DNA of 63,570 nucleotides, counting the filler, from Octopus bimaculoides (Eukaryota), in assembly GCF_001194135.2 (NCBI RefSeq). It is 6 parts of 6 records of this genome, joined end to end, with 100 filler letters (N's around TTAATTAATTAA, not from the genome) between each part and the next. Parts side by side here need not be neighbours in the genome. Positions count along the whole stretch, not along the records: positions 1 to 15,796 come from NC_068990.1; positions 15,897 to 28,311 come from NC_068983.1; 4 more parts are not named here. One strand, 5' to 3'. Positions 11,501 through 23,394 of this stretch are shown here, piece by piece. Position 1 is the first letter of the stretch. Each line of letters starts with the position of its first letter. The position numbers and the translations under genes are program-made. Under the pieces are notes generated by a model. That model did not search any database and was not told the origin of the DNA. It saw nothing but the letters and a program-made list of their open reading frames with translations.

Positions 11501-12022
11501 GTTTTGTCGTATCTGCGACCTGTATATGTTAGGTGGGGTATGCGTACGTACCAGTTTGTGTATATATGTAGGGGCCACGCTTAACCCTGCCTGAGATTTG
11601 AAACCAAAGCTTGTTGTTTGTCAAAACGAACGGAAGTACTCTTCACACCAGATGATTGATGAGGACACACTTGATCCCCAAGGACCTGTGCTGGTCGAGA
11701 AAAGGTCAGTCCTTTCTTTAGAGTTTGGCCTACATTACTGACCATAGTCTATATAACAGAGAGCATTTCCTATTTCTTCCTTTTTTGTGTCAGCCAGACC
11801 AAGGAGCAACACCTTCTTTTGCGTCAGCTATGACCAAGAGCACCACTCCCCTTCGCTTGACATACGAAGAGAAGCTTTCGGCTGCAAGAAAGACGATGGG
11901 CACTGTCATGGTATTAGCTGTCAGAAGTGAAAGTAGAGAAATCTGACAAGGAACGTTACTGCTGGTTTGAGTTGATTCTTTGGTTACTGACAGCTAATAC
12001 CATGACTGGCCGGAGCGAGCTA

Positions 12023-12053
<31 letters not shown>

Positions 12054-12836
12054 ATCTATCTATCACTCGAAAGTTATTGGAACAAATTTGACACCTATAT
12101 CCATGCGTTTGAAAACACACAGAGTATAAGGGTACTACTAAAGCAGAGTGGTCCCGAACGCGCAGTCGCGCGTCCGCGCTAGCTAGTCGTGAGTGGTCGA
12201 TCCTATTATTTTTAAACTTCAAACTTCATTTGTTTTCTATTTTGATAAATTCTCTCTGTTGAAAATTANNNNNNNNNNNNNNNNNNNNNNNNNNNNNNNN
12301 NNNNNNNNNNNNNNNNNNNNNNNNNNNNNNNNNNNNNNNNNNNNNNNNNNNNNNNNNNNNNNNNNNNNNNNNNNNNNNNNNNNNNNNNNNNNNNNNNNNN
12401 NNNNNNNNNNNNNNNNNNNNNNNNNNNNNNNNNNNNNNNNNNNNNNNNNNNNNNNNNNNNNNNNNNNNNNNNNNNNNNNNNNNNNNNNNNNNNNNNNNNN
12501 NNNNNNNNNNNNNNNNNNNNNNNNNNNNNNNNNNNNNNNNNNNNNNNNNNNNNNNNNNNNNNNNNNNNNNNNNNNNNNNNNNNNNNNNNNNNNNNNNNNN
12601 NNNNNNNNNNNNNNNNNNNNNNNNNNNNNNNNNNNNNNNNNNNNNNNNNNNNNNNNNNNNNNNNNNNNNNNNNNNNNNNNNNNNNNNNNNNNNNNNNNNN
12701 NNNNNNNNNNNNNNNNNNNNNNNNNNNNNNNNNNNNNNNNNNNNNNTCTCTCTCTCTCTATCTATCTATCACTCGAAAGTTATTGGAACAAATTTGACAC
12801 CTATATCCATGCGTTTGAAAACACACAGAGTATAAG

Positions 12837-13055
12837 GGTACTACTAAAGCAGAGTGGTCCCGAACGCGCAGTCGCGCGTCCGCGCTAGCTAGTCGTGAGT
12901 GGTCGATCCTAACCCTAACCCTAAACACGTATTCATTTGCACACGCGGGTTAGGGATAGGGTTAGGGACAGGGTTAGGGTTAGGATCGACCACTCAAGAC
13001 TAGCTAGCGCGGACGCGCGACTGCGCGTTCGGGTCCGCGCTGCTTTAGTAGTACC
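12837..13055. mobile_element. Second copy of the telomeric-repeat MITE
   Basis: Inverted arms of about 90 bp starting GGTACTACTAAAGCAG. (CCCTAA)n on the left, TTAGGG variants on the right, the same central loop as 8603-8781. No TSD visible. A partial left arm also lies at about 12131-12205. Confidence 0.85.
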
Positions 13056-13534
13056 CTTTTTAACTACCTGTAGGGCAAACGAATAAATATATATAAATAA
13101 TATTTTTTCCTTCTTGGTGTTGATTCTTCGATGTTCACTGGTTACTCCTACGCGAGAGCTGTTAAGCGTTACATCTACACACTACATTCGATAGTGGGCT
13201 ACATCATATCGACGTGATATGGCACATCACTTGAGCCCACTACATGTATATCTATGCGTGTAATCAACTGTGTGCATACCCGCACACAGCTATTAATGCA
13301 CCCATCCGCGCATGTATATATATGCGTTGGTGTGTCTGTGTCGATATGAACCGATGTAAACAGCAGCAGATGTATCTATCTATCTTTTCACTGACTTATG
13401 GTCTCTTAGACGACTCATGCACGTGCGCGCATACTGCCACGACATGTTGAGTGTATTGCAATAGGTCCTCTGCAGCTTGTACCATATAGCTACGCTCTAC
13501 ATATATTATAATATTTTTTATACATCCTTTACAA

Positions 13535-13900
13535 ATGGATCTGGAATATTACAGCCTGAGATATTCAACAAAGAATATCCCAATACCATCGAACAAACTC
13601 TATACAAGTCTGTTGCTGGAGAAAATAATCGAACTGATCAGGCGGATGAGATGGAAGGCTTTTTACTTTGACCAGCCCAAACCACCAACGGAAACTGAAC
13701 ATTTTGGGCTTAAATCCAGGAAGTTTTCACCCAAGATCAAGAAACTGGAGGCCTTCGAAAACGACGTGTTGAACTTGATACCCCGCCTGAAATTCCGTAA
13801 GTCCTCAAATCCTTTCCAACGTAAACTTAGAACAGACGCCCGCAAGCTTAAATCTTCTAATAGAACCTTTCTCTTCTCCGATAAAACAAAAAATAAGTAG
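13535..13900 (+). pseudogene. N-terminal fragment of a Penelope-like element ORF
   Basis: YSTKNIPIPS...IRRMRWKAFYF...FGLKS...FENDVLNLIPRLKFRKSSNPFQRKL...FSDKTKN is the pre-RT region typical of invertebrate PLE ORFs. It is truncated before the RT domain. Confidence 0.75.
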
Positions 13901-14287
13901 TGACACATACGTACATCAAGGAGTAAGATGCGAAGGGCGATAATCAGAAGGTTGTGGCAAAAATGGACATGCTGCTGAGGGACATTGAGGGTAGTGAGAA
14001 AGGTGAGGTGATACAGAGGTTTGGATTGGACAAGTGGTGCAGGATAGGTAATTGTTTCTGTCTGTCTGTCTGTCGGTCTGTCTGTCTACACACACACACA
14101 CACACACGCATCTTTATATATTAGAAAGCTCTTAACTCTGAGTATAGAATATTCAACTGCTCCATAAAGCAGCCAGGAATTCACACTTAATTTGCATATC
14201 TATGCTTTGGACAGCTTGTCAGTAATTGAAGAATACATATCTTTTGCTTAACACAGTATAAAACAGGACTGAGGTAAATTTAAATAT

Positions 14288-14454
14288 TGGTTTCAAATTT
14301 TGGCACAAGGCCAGCAATTTCAAGGGATGGAGAAAGTCAATTACACCAATCCTGTTGTTTAACTGGTACTTATTTTATCAACCCTAAAAGGATGAAAGGC
14401 AAAGTTGACCTTGGCAGAATTTGAACTCAGAATGTGAAGATGGATGAAATGCTG
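14288..14454 (-). mobile_element. SINE family C
   Basis: GTTTCAAATTTTGGCACAAGGCC...AACTGGTACTTATTTTATC...GGATGAAAGGCAAAGTTGACC...GAACTCAGAATG. Confidence 0.8.
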
Positions 14455-14926
14455 NNNNNNNNNNCGCTCTTCCGATCTGCCTTAAAATAAATTTAAATAT
14501 TAGGAAAATTTAGCTGCAATAAAAGATTATAAAGTGAAAATGATAAAACAACACTTGGAAGGAAAAGATGATAGAAGTAGAGTGAATATGGAAGAAAATT
14601 TCAAATGTAAAAGTAAACTAATGATGAAGATTAAAGATGAAAACACAAACGATAAAGAAAAAGGCTGAAGGAGAAAAAAACAGGAGCAGGTTCATCACTA
14701 TAATATTTTCTTAACTTGTGTTAAAAGAAGTGAATAATAGTGTTTGGTTGCAAATGAATTAACTAGTCAACTTTTTATTAAACTTGTAAAGTAGATGCAG
14801 TGCATATTTCATGGTAAAGAAGCAATCATCAAAATATGAGAAATCGTATAAAAATCTTTATTAGGTAATTTGATCAAACTTGATTTACATTTTGATTTAT
14901 ATTTTGTCCAGTTTATAAAAATTTAC

Positions 14927-15039
14927 TTTCATTGGGTCGTCTTTTACAGTACAGGCATTCTTGTGAATTAAAAAGATTGTGATTAATCCTAGTAGACATC
15001 CAATTATAAATGTACCAAAGCCAAGGGTAATAAGTTTAC
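14927..15039 (-). CDS. Internal coding exon for a transmembrane helix of an unidentified single-pass membrane protein
   Basis: Acceptor TTTTCTTATATTAACAG| and donor AAA|GTAAAT flank a 113-nt exon (phase 1 in, phase 0 out). It reads GKLITLGFGTFIIGCLLGLITIFLIHKNACTVKDDPMK, with a 23-aa hydrophobic run followed by HK. Confidence 0.65.
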
Positions 15040-15209
15040 CTGTTAATATAAGAAAATCAAAGAACAAAATAAAATGTAAATGCATGGAAAAAAGATGTAG
15101 AGAGAAGCAGTTACACCATACACATATGGTATACACACACACATACATACATGCTTGCATGCATAGATACACACATTCATACATATATGAGTATGTATGA
15201 ATGTATGCT

Positions 15210-15263
<54 letters not shown>

Positions 15264-15474
15264 TGTATACACAAAAAGACATGTACCCAAAGAGATACAT
15301 ATATAGATACGTACATATGTACACACATACATATGTACGTACATACATATGTACATACATGCATACATACGTACATGCATGCATGCATATATACATACAT
15401 GCATACATTCATTCATACATACACACATACATACGTGCATACATACATACATACAGCATCAGCGTGATCGTTAC

Positions 15475-15796
15475 CAACGTCACCTTCCTGGCACTTGTGC
15501 CGGTGGCACATGAAAAGACATTCGAGCTAGATCGTTGCCAGTGCCGATGGACTGGCTCCTGTGCAGGTGGCATGTAAAATACACCATTTCGAGCGTGGGC
15601 ATCGCCAGTACCGCCTGACTGGCCCTCGTGCCGGTGGCACGTAATAGCATCCACTACACTCTCAGAGTTGTTGGCGTTAGGAAGGGCATCCAGCTGTAGA
15701 AACTCTGCCAAATCAGATTGGAGCCTGGTGTCGCCTCCTGGTTCACCAGTCCTCAGTCAAACAGTCCAACCCATGCTAGCATGGAAGGCAGACGTT
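15475..15796 (+). mobile_element. RTE LINE 3'UTR fragment (family A)
   Basis: Repeated GTGCCGGTGGCAC units followed by the GTTAGGAAGGGCATCCAGCTG...CCCATGCTAGCATGG terminus. Confidence 0.85.
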
Positions 15797-15954
15797 NNNN
15801 NNNNNNNNNNNNNNNNNNNNNNNNNNNNNNNNNNNNNNNNTTAATTAATTAANNNNNNNNNNNNNNNNNNNNNNNNNNNNNNNNNNNNNNNNNNNNGTGT
15901 GTGTGTGTGTGTGTGCGCGCGCGCGTGTTTGAGAGAGAGAGAAAGAGAGAGTAT

Positions 15955-16165
15955 GTGTGTCTGCGTCTGTGTTTGTTCCCCACCACCGCTTAGCAGCCGG
16001 TGTTGGTATGTAACTTAGCGGTTCGACATAAAACGACTGATAGGATAAGTATCAGGCTTTAAAAAATAAGAAAAGTCTTGGTTCGTTCGACGAAAATTCT
16101 TCAGGACGATGCCCCAGCATGACCGCAGTCTAATGACTGAAACAAGTAAAAGATAAAAGATATAA
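15955..16165 (+). mobile_element. 3' half of SINE family B
   Basis: GTAACTTAGCGGTTCG...CCCCAGCATGACCGCAGTCTAATGACTGAAACAAGTAAAAGATAAAAGA. Confidence 0.75.
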
Positions 16166-16224
16166 ATGATCCAACACTCCGTCTATCTTGGACTACATCA
16201 TTTAATGCATCTCTATAAAATGCT

Positions 16225-16365
16225 TAGCAGCATTTCTTCCAATTCTTTACGTTCTGCGTTCAAATTCCACCGAGGTCGACTTTGCCTTTCATCCAATCAG
16301 GGGCGAAAAAATAAGCACCAGGTGATCATCGAGGTCAATGTAATCGTCTTACCTCTTCCCTTAGA
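16225..16365 (+). mobile_element. SINE family C (plus strand)
   Basis: GTTCTGCGTTCAAATTCCACCGAGGTCGACTTTGCCTTTCATCC. Confidence 0.75.
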
Positions 16366-16609
16366 ATAGCTCGTCTGAAACTATTATTTAATGTATCTTT
16401 TCTTTGAAGCTAAATCTGCATGGTTTGCGGGAGACTTAGTTGCTATTTCTAGCAGAGTGAAGTACCCATCGCTGACGTTACTCCCCAAAATCTGGAACGT
16501 TGAAACTAAATTGGAATCGAGTGAAAGGAAAACTCAAGCTCTGAAAAGTTGTCTCCCTTTACTCAACTCAATATTTTGCTTTGTGTTTTATTTCACTGTC
16601 GATAATATA

Positions 16610-16790
16610 AACTTTCTAATTTTGACACAAGGATTCTGATTTTGAGGGGAGTGTAAATCGATATCCACGAACCCAGTACTTGACTAGTATTTTATTTTAT
16701 CGGTCTCGAAGAACAAAAGACACTTGATTACGGCGGGATTTGAACTCAGAACGTAAAAGGGCCGAAGAAATGCCGTGAAGCGTTTTGTCC
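16610..16790 (-). mobile_element. SINE family C
   Basis: TTTTGACACAAGG...GATTTGAACTCAGAACGTAAAAGG...GTTTTGTCCGTCG. Confidence 0.7.
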
Positions 16791-16794
16791 GTCG

Positions 16795-17445
16795 TACAAG
16801 TTGCCATAATTTCCTGTAAACTTTGTCGTCGTTTTTCGTTTTTGGATTTGGTTTGCAAGATTCTTTATGTGAGTTCGTATGTTGAGGCACATTCTGTTGT
16901 GTCTGGGGAGAGTAATTTTCTTTTTGTGCCTTATAATTAACACACTCACCGGTAAAATTTCCACTTATTTCTTATTTTTATTTTCCTAAAATTTTCGTTG
17001 CGTCTTGCAACCTTTTCAATAGTCTTGACTCTTGTTNNNNNNNNNNNNNNNNNNNNNNNNNNNNNNNNNNNNNNNNNNNNNNNNNNNNNNNNNNNNNNNN
17101 NNNNNNNNNNNNNNNNNNNNNNNNNNNNNNNNNNNNNNNNNNNNNNNNNNNNNNNNNNNNNNNNNNNNNATATATATATTATTATTATTATTATTACATA
17201 TAACAAGTTGCCATAATTTCCTGTAAACTTTGTCGTCGTTTTTCGTTTTTGGATTTGGTTTGCAAGATTCTTTATGTGAGTTCGTATGTTGAGGCACATT
17301 CTGTTGTGTCTGGGGAGAGTAATTTTCTTTTTGTGCCTTATAATTAACACACTCACCGGTAAAATTTCCACTTATTTCTTATTTTTATTTTCCTAAAATT
17401 TTCGTTGCGTCTTGCAACCTTTTCAATAGTCTTGACTCTTGTTGT
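16795..17445. repeat. About 240-bp direct repeat (16795-17036 and 17203-17445) spanning an N gap, probably the end of a DNA element
   Basis: Identical sequence from ACAAGTTGCCATAATTTCC to CAATAGTCTTGACTCTTGTT on both sides of the gap. Confidence 0.8.
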
Positions 17446-17914
17446 TGTTGTGTGACCCAGAGTTATCTCCCATGGACTGATTATCACTAACGAGAAAAAA
17501 GCCGGGCTTTCAGCCTTTTATAAGAATGATTATAAATGCATCTTTTAACTACAGTTCAGTGTTTTCCCTGAATCAAATTGTAACTATATAACACAAATAC
17601 ATGAGTTCGTAAATTCTTGAAACACTTTCTATAGAACCAGTTTGCATGTTGTCATTTAACCCAAGTCCTGATCGAGCAGACAAACATTCAAAGATTTTCC
17701 AGCTATGAACATTGCATCTGGCTTTTGTATTATTTGTACTACAACTCATCGAAGGTACATGTGTGACAGGCAGTTGCCTTCGTTGGGCATAAAAGATATA
17801 GTGAAGAAAATAAAGATATGGGAATTCACGGCAGACGTACACCACTGCTTCCCTTGGATTTTCAACTACAACGTTCCCTTCAAGGGAGTAGACCTGGAAA
17901 ATGTTTGTACAAAG

Positions 17915-18185
17915 CAGTGGTTCTCAAGCGAGGTTCATATAACGCTTAGGGACCCATATAAGATTTGGTTGTTAAAAATTATGTCCAATAAATCGGTTAT
18001 ACTTGTCATCATCCTCGTCGTCGTTATCATCGTTTAACGTTCGCCTTCCATGCTAGCATTCTGTATAATAACTAATTATAAAGATATAATAAGATTTTTT
18101 TAAACATCGAATGGTTATGGGGGATCCATTTGAGAGAATTTAAATCAAAGGAGTTTCATTAGGAAAAAAAAAATTGGTTGTAAGG
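17915..18185. mobile_element. Possible hAT-type MITE interrupted by an RTE tail fragment
   Basis: Starts CAGTGGTTCTCAA (Charlie/hAT-like terminus). A family A tail in minus orientation lies at about 18020-18060. Confidence 0.35.
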
Positions 18186-18672
18186 ATCAACAGCTGCATG
18201 TCCATGCAGCAGGTCTCTCCTCTCCATGGTACTAATTTTGTGTAAGGAAAGGATAAGAATCTATACACCTTCACACCAATGCTATCACAGACGACCTCAA
18301 AAAGCCAGGATAAATATCACAGATCCTTTTGTTTTTGAGGTGGAGGGATGACATGAACTTAATAGGGTCTGAGAAGCAGAGGCCATTATAGTAGTAGAGA
18401 AAAATGTAGAGATGAGACAACACACTTGTAGACCAGAGGCTAGAGGGTATCTATGAATGATTTTTCATCCCCATCTTATAAACTTCTATCATAAAATTAA
18501 AAAGGATAACTTATTAAAAAAATTTCTTCTTTTTCAAAACAATAATTGTTTCTGTTTTGTCATTACCACTTCTTAATAAGAAATTTCTAAAGAAATTTAA
18601 TGGAAATACTTAACAAAATTGACAAAGAACAATAAAAATTCAGTTCTGTTATAGTGATGTATCTTTCTATTT

Positions 18673-19040
18673 TTTTTTACTTGTTTCAGTCATTAGACTA
18701 TGGCCATGCTGTAACACTGCTTTGAAGAATTTTAGCTAAACAAATCGACCCCAGGAAATATTTCTTTTTAAGCCGGGTACTTATTCTGTCAGTCTCTTTT
18801 GACGAATTGCTAAGTTATGAGGACATAAACACACCAACATCAATTGTCAAGCCATGGTGAGGGACAAAGACACACACATACATATGACAGGGCTTCTTTC
18901 AGTTTCCATCTACCAAATCCCTCACAAGGCTTCGGTTGGCATGAGGCTGTTGTAGAAGACACTTGCCCAAAGTGCCATGCAGTAGGACTAAACCTGCGAC
19001 ATTGTTGTTGGGAAGAAAACTTCTTACCACACAGCCACGC
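18673..19040 (-). mobile_element. tRNA-derived SINE family B
   Basis: Full layout TTACTTGTTTCAGTCATT...GAAGACACTTGCCCAA...CTTACCACACAGCCAC. Confidence 0.85.
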
Positions 19041-19189
19041 CAACAAAATATATGTCTGGTGAATACAAGTTAATATTGCATCAATATTTGGCTGTAAATT
19101 AATGAGTTTTAGCCTTAAATTACCCAGAATCTTCTAGGTCTGGTTTGCTAATAATTCACAACCCTTATGGCCCAAAATCGTTTCAGTTA

Positions 19190-19399
19190 CTCTTTTACTT
19201 GTTTCAGTCATTTGACTGCGGCCATACTGGGGCACCGCCTTTTTAGTCTAGCAAATCGACCCCAGGACTTATTCTTTGTAAACCTAGTACTTATTCTATT
19301 GGTCTCTTTTTGCCAAACTGCTAAGTTACTGGGATGTAAACACACCAGCCTCAGCTGTCGAGCGAAGTTGGGGGGACAAATACAGACACACAAACATGT

Positions 19400-19467
<68 letters not shown>

Positions 19468-19618
19468 GACGGGCTTCTTTCAGTTTCCGTCTACCAAATC
19501 CACTCACAAGGCTTTGGTCGGCCCAAGGCTATAGTAGAAGACACTTACCCAAGGTGCCACGCAGTGGGACTGAACCCAGAACCATGTGGTTGGTAAGCAA
19601 GCTACTTACCACAGAGCC
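19190..19618 (-). mobile_element. tRNA-derived SINE family B with internal (TA)n
   Basis: Minus-strand head GTGGTAAGTAGCTTGCTTACCAACCACATGGTTCTGGGTTCAGTCCC (A/B-box-like), CORE-like CCTTGGGTAAGTGTCTT, and (TA)n at about 19410-19465. Confidence 0.9.
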
Positions 19619-19785
19619 AAACTCCTTGCATAGCCACAAAGGACTGCTAACCAGGGGGTTAATATTGATTATTTTAACAAACCCTGATTTAAACAATGAA
19701 TACTTAGAAATATGTTGCCCAATGTGTCATTTCCGAAATATATGTTGCGATTTGAGAGAGATTAAGGGTGCTATTTCTAGCATAC

Positions 19786-19833
19786 TAAATGACCATATTG
19801 AGGCTTTGAATAGTTTGTTCTAAGTGAGGAAAC
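19786..19833 (-). other. Candidate 48-nt symmetric exon of the minus-strand membrane-protein gene
   Basis: Strong acceptor TTCTGTCTTGTCTCTCTCAG| and donor TTTA|GTATGC. Open in phase 2 (FPHLEQTIQSLNMVI) and in phase 0. Confidence 0.35.
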
Positions 19834-20167
19834 CTGAGAGAGACAAGACAGAAGTGTTTCAGACTAAAATGTGCCAAATCATTAAAACTGTTGTAGAAAT
19901 TACAAGTATTTCTGTGTATATAATGTTACATTCATTCACATTTCATACTGAATTTTTGTTGTTGTTATTAGTAGTGGTGGTGATGATGGTGGTGGTGGTG
20001 GTGGTGGCAGTGGTGGTATTTCTGCAATGTCATTCATACAACTAAGGTAATGATACCTTGACTTTATGAATGACATCACTAGTAGAAGTCATGTCATCAT
20101 CGTCCTCATTTTCATTATCATCATCATCATATATCATCATCATCATCATCATTATTATCATCATGCG

Positions 20168-20515
20168 TTTTGAGCATTGGGCCTCAGGGAAGCGAAGCTG
20201 GTGGGTTCCTTTCGAGTGTTGGGCCTGACAGAGGGAATGACCGAGACATTTGGCATTATGTTGTGCTTGAGAAGAAGATCCATGAAGCTGAGCAAAATTG
20301 CAGTCATGGCAGATACCGGTGTCACACAAATGGCCCCCATGCTGGCGGCACGTAAAAGCACCCATTACACTCTTGGAGTGGTTGGTGTTAGGAAAGGCAT
20401 CCAGCTGTAGAAAAACCTGCCAAATCAGACTGGAAACTGGTGCTGCCTTCCAGCTTGCCAGCACTGGTCAAACCATCCAACCCATGCCAGCATGGACAAC
20501 GGACATTAAAAGATG
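20168..20515 (+). mobile_element. Diverged RTE-related 3' fragment (family A-like)
   Basis: GGCACGTAAAAGCACCCATTACAC...GTTAGGAAAGGCATCCAGCTG...GGACATTAAAAGATGATC. Confidence 0.75.
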
Positions 20516-20619
20516 ATCATCATCATCATCATTATCATCATCATCATCGTCATTTAATGTCCATCCTTCATGTTGGCATGGTCCATCCAATTTGACAACA
20601 TCCAATACATTCGAAGATT

Positions 20620-21741
20620 CCGTCCTATTCCATGCTAACATGGGTTGGACGATTTGACTGAGGACTGACGAACCAGATGGCTACATCAGGCTCCAATCTG
20701 ATTTGGCAGAGTTTCTACAGCTGGATGCCCTTCCTAACGCCAACCACTCTGAGAGTGTAGTGGGTGCTTTTACGTGCCACCGGCACGAAAGCCAGTCAGG
20801 CAGTACTGGCAACGGCCACGCTCAAAATGGTGTATTTTACATGCCACCTGCACAGGAGCCAGACCAGCGGCACTGGTAACGACCTTGCTCGAATGTCTTT
20901 TCACATGCCACCAGTACAAGTGCCAGGAAGGCGATGCTGGTAATGATCACACGCAAATGGTGCTATTTACGTGCCACTGGCATGGAAGCCAAACAGCTGC
21001 TCTGGCAACAATCACGCTCAGAAGGTGCTCTTAGCACTACACTGGTACAGGTGCCATCACGATTTCAATTTCACTTGCCCCAACAGGTCTTCACAAGCCG
21101 AGTTTAGTGTCCAATGAAGGAGACGTTGGCATGGGTGCCAGTCATCGAATTTGGTTCGATTTCAATTTCACTTGCCTCAACAGGTCTTCGCAAGCAGAGT
21201 TTAATGTCCAATGAAGGAAAGGTACGCATAAGTGGGCTGGCTACACCCCTGACAGAGGCCTTGGATTATGGTCTCACTTAGCTTGGCGAGTCTTCTTACG
21301 CACAGCATATTTCCAAAGGTCTCGGTCACAAGTCATTGCCTCGGTGAGAGGCCTAATGTTTGGAGGTCGTGCTTCACCACCTCATCCCAGGTCTTCCTGG
21401 GTCTACCTCTTCCACAGGTTCCCTCAACTGCTCGGGTGTGGCACTTTTTCACACAACTATCCTCATCCATTCTCGCCACATGTCCATACCAGCGCAATCG
21501 TCTCTCTTGCACACCACAACTGATGCTTCTTAGGTTCAACTTTTCTCTCGAGGTACTTACACTCTGTCGAGTATGGACACTGACATATCCGGAGCATACT
21601 GGCTTCATTCCTTGCGAGCTTACGCATGTCCTCAGCAGTCATGGCCCATGTTTCACTGCCATGTAGCATGGTTATTCATACACATGCGTCATACAGTCTG
21701 CCTTTTACTCTGAGTGAGAGGCCCTTTGTCACCAGCAGAGG
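20620..21741 (-). mobile_element. RTE-clade LINE: ORF2 C-terminus plus long 3'UTR
   Basis: KGLSLRVKGRLYDACV*ITMLHGSETW...RRLRWYGHVARMDEDSCVKKC...RGRPRKTWDEVVKHDL at 21330-21741 is diagnostic of the RTE C-terminus and continues into the family A 3'UTR. Confidence 0.9.
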
Positions 21742-22760
21742 TCTTGTCTCACAGCCCTAGAAACAGTCATTTTACTTTGCTATCAACTTTGATGGGTCCA
21801 ACTCAATCAAGTCCTGTTAAGAAGTGAGATGTGTATTTCTGGTCACTACGAGGACAGTGAGGCTTTCTTTGAACATCCTGACTTTTCTTCAAATTGGATA
21901 CAACTCTTACAAATAGTAGATTTAGCACACTTTATGGCTCTAACAATCTCCCCAGCAATTTAGCTGGCATGGAATAATTTGGCAATTACACATCTATGGT
22001 CTAATTCTTTATTAACATTCATAGTTTGTTCAATCTGAAATGCTAAATCGTACAAGTGAATATTCAAGGTAATATTTAAAATTTAGACTCCAACAAAATC
22101 TGTACAATTAGAAATATACTCTAAATACAATTAGAATATAGATTTGAAACTTATACCAGTTTACTTGTTACACCCTATATANNNNNNNNNNNNNNNNNNN
22201 NNNNNNNNNNNNNNNNNNNNNNNNNNNNNNNNNNNNNNNNNNNNNNNNNNNNNNNNNNNNNNNNNNNNNNNNNNNNNNNNNNNNNNNNNNNNNNNNNNNN
22301 NNNNNNNNNNNNNNNNNNNNNNNNNNNNNNNNNNNNNNNNNNNNNNNNNNNNNNNNNNNNNNNNNNNNNNNNNNNNNNNNNNNNNNNNNNNNNNNNNNNN
22401 NNNNNNNNNNNNNNNNNNNNNNNNNNNNNNNNNNNNNNNNNNNNNNNNNNNNNNNNNNNNNNNNNNNNNNNNNNNNNNNNNNNNNNNNNNNNNNNNNNNN
22501 NNNNNNNNNNNNNNNNNNNNNNNNNNNNNNNNNNNNNNNNNNNNNNNNNNNNNNNNNNNNNNNNNNNNNNNNNNNNNNNNNNNNNNNNNNNNNNNNNNNN
22601 NNNNNNNNNNNNNNNNNNNNNNNNNNNNNNNNNNNNNNNNNNNNNNNNNNNNNNNNNNNNNNNNNNNNNNNNNNNNNNNNNNNNNNNNNNNNNNNNNNNN
22701 NNNNNNNNNNNNNNNNNNNNNNNNNNNNNNNNNNNNNNNNNNNNNNNNNNNNNNNNNNNN

Positions 22761-22807
<47 letters not shown>

Positions 22808-23358
22808 CTATACTTGGGGATGGTCATATTCTGCCAATTTGTAACAATGTCTCTTTCAACATGATTTCACATAAGAATGTCACAAAACAAATACATAAAC
22901 ATGTGTGTGTGTGTGCGTGTGTGTATGCGTGTGCGTGCATGTATGTGCGCGTGTGTGTGTAGTCTATGGGTTTTCCAGTTAAATTGCACAATTAGTTAAG
23001 CTCCAGTTCGCAACAGTCGAAAAGTTCAGTCTTGTGTTGTGTCAATCAAAAGAATTGACTTTATATACACCTGCAGTCAATCTTTTAATTATATAGCTAT
23101 GTTTATACATGTATTTTTACATGCACCCACTCTCAACCTGGCATACGTACATTTATACCTACCTACCTACTTACCTACCTACTTACCTACCTACATACAT
23201 ACATACATATATACATACATACATCAGTGGTAGTCATACCTGATTGCATGCCTAAAATGTGTGTGCTTGTGCATGTGTATCTGTATGTGTGTGAGTGTGC
23301 GTGCATGTGTGTATATGCGTGTGCTGGAGTGCGTGTGCGCATGCGCGCATGTGTGTAC

Positions 23359-23394
<36 letters not shown>

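Noticed and set aside
12040-12205. Duplicate of 12747-12911, including half a telomeric MITE
   Set aside because: Identical to the sequence across the adjacent gap. Likely a misassembly at a hairpin, although a real duplication cannot be excluded.
14465-14478. CGCTCTTCCGATCT next to a gap
   Set aside because: Exact match to the 3' end of the Illumina adapter at a contig edge, so likely contamination.
15841-15852. TTAATTAATTAA islands inside N runs (also 28356-28367, 31511-31522, 42548-42559, 60977-60988)
   Set aside because: The same 12-mer, with stops in all six frames, always embedded in Ns. It is an artificial scaffolding spacer, not biology.
20765-21050. Regularly spaced short repeats superficially like a CRISPR array
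   Set aside because: The units are diverged and their spacers are related to each other. They lie in an RTE 3'UTR in a eukaryotic context with no cas genes.
21780-22034. Strong minus-strand acceptor and frame as a possible ectodomain exon
   Set aside because: The frame has a stop and reads like a decayed Tc1/mariner N-terminal HTH (EIVRAIKCAKSTICK). Its phase does not fit the signal-peptide exon.
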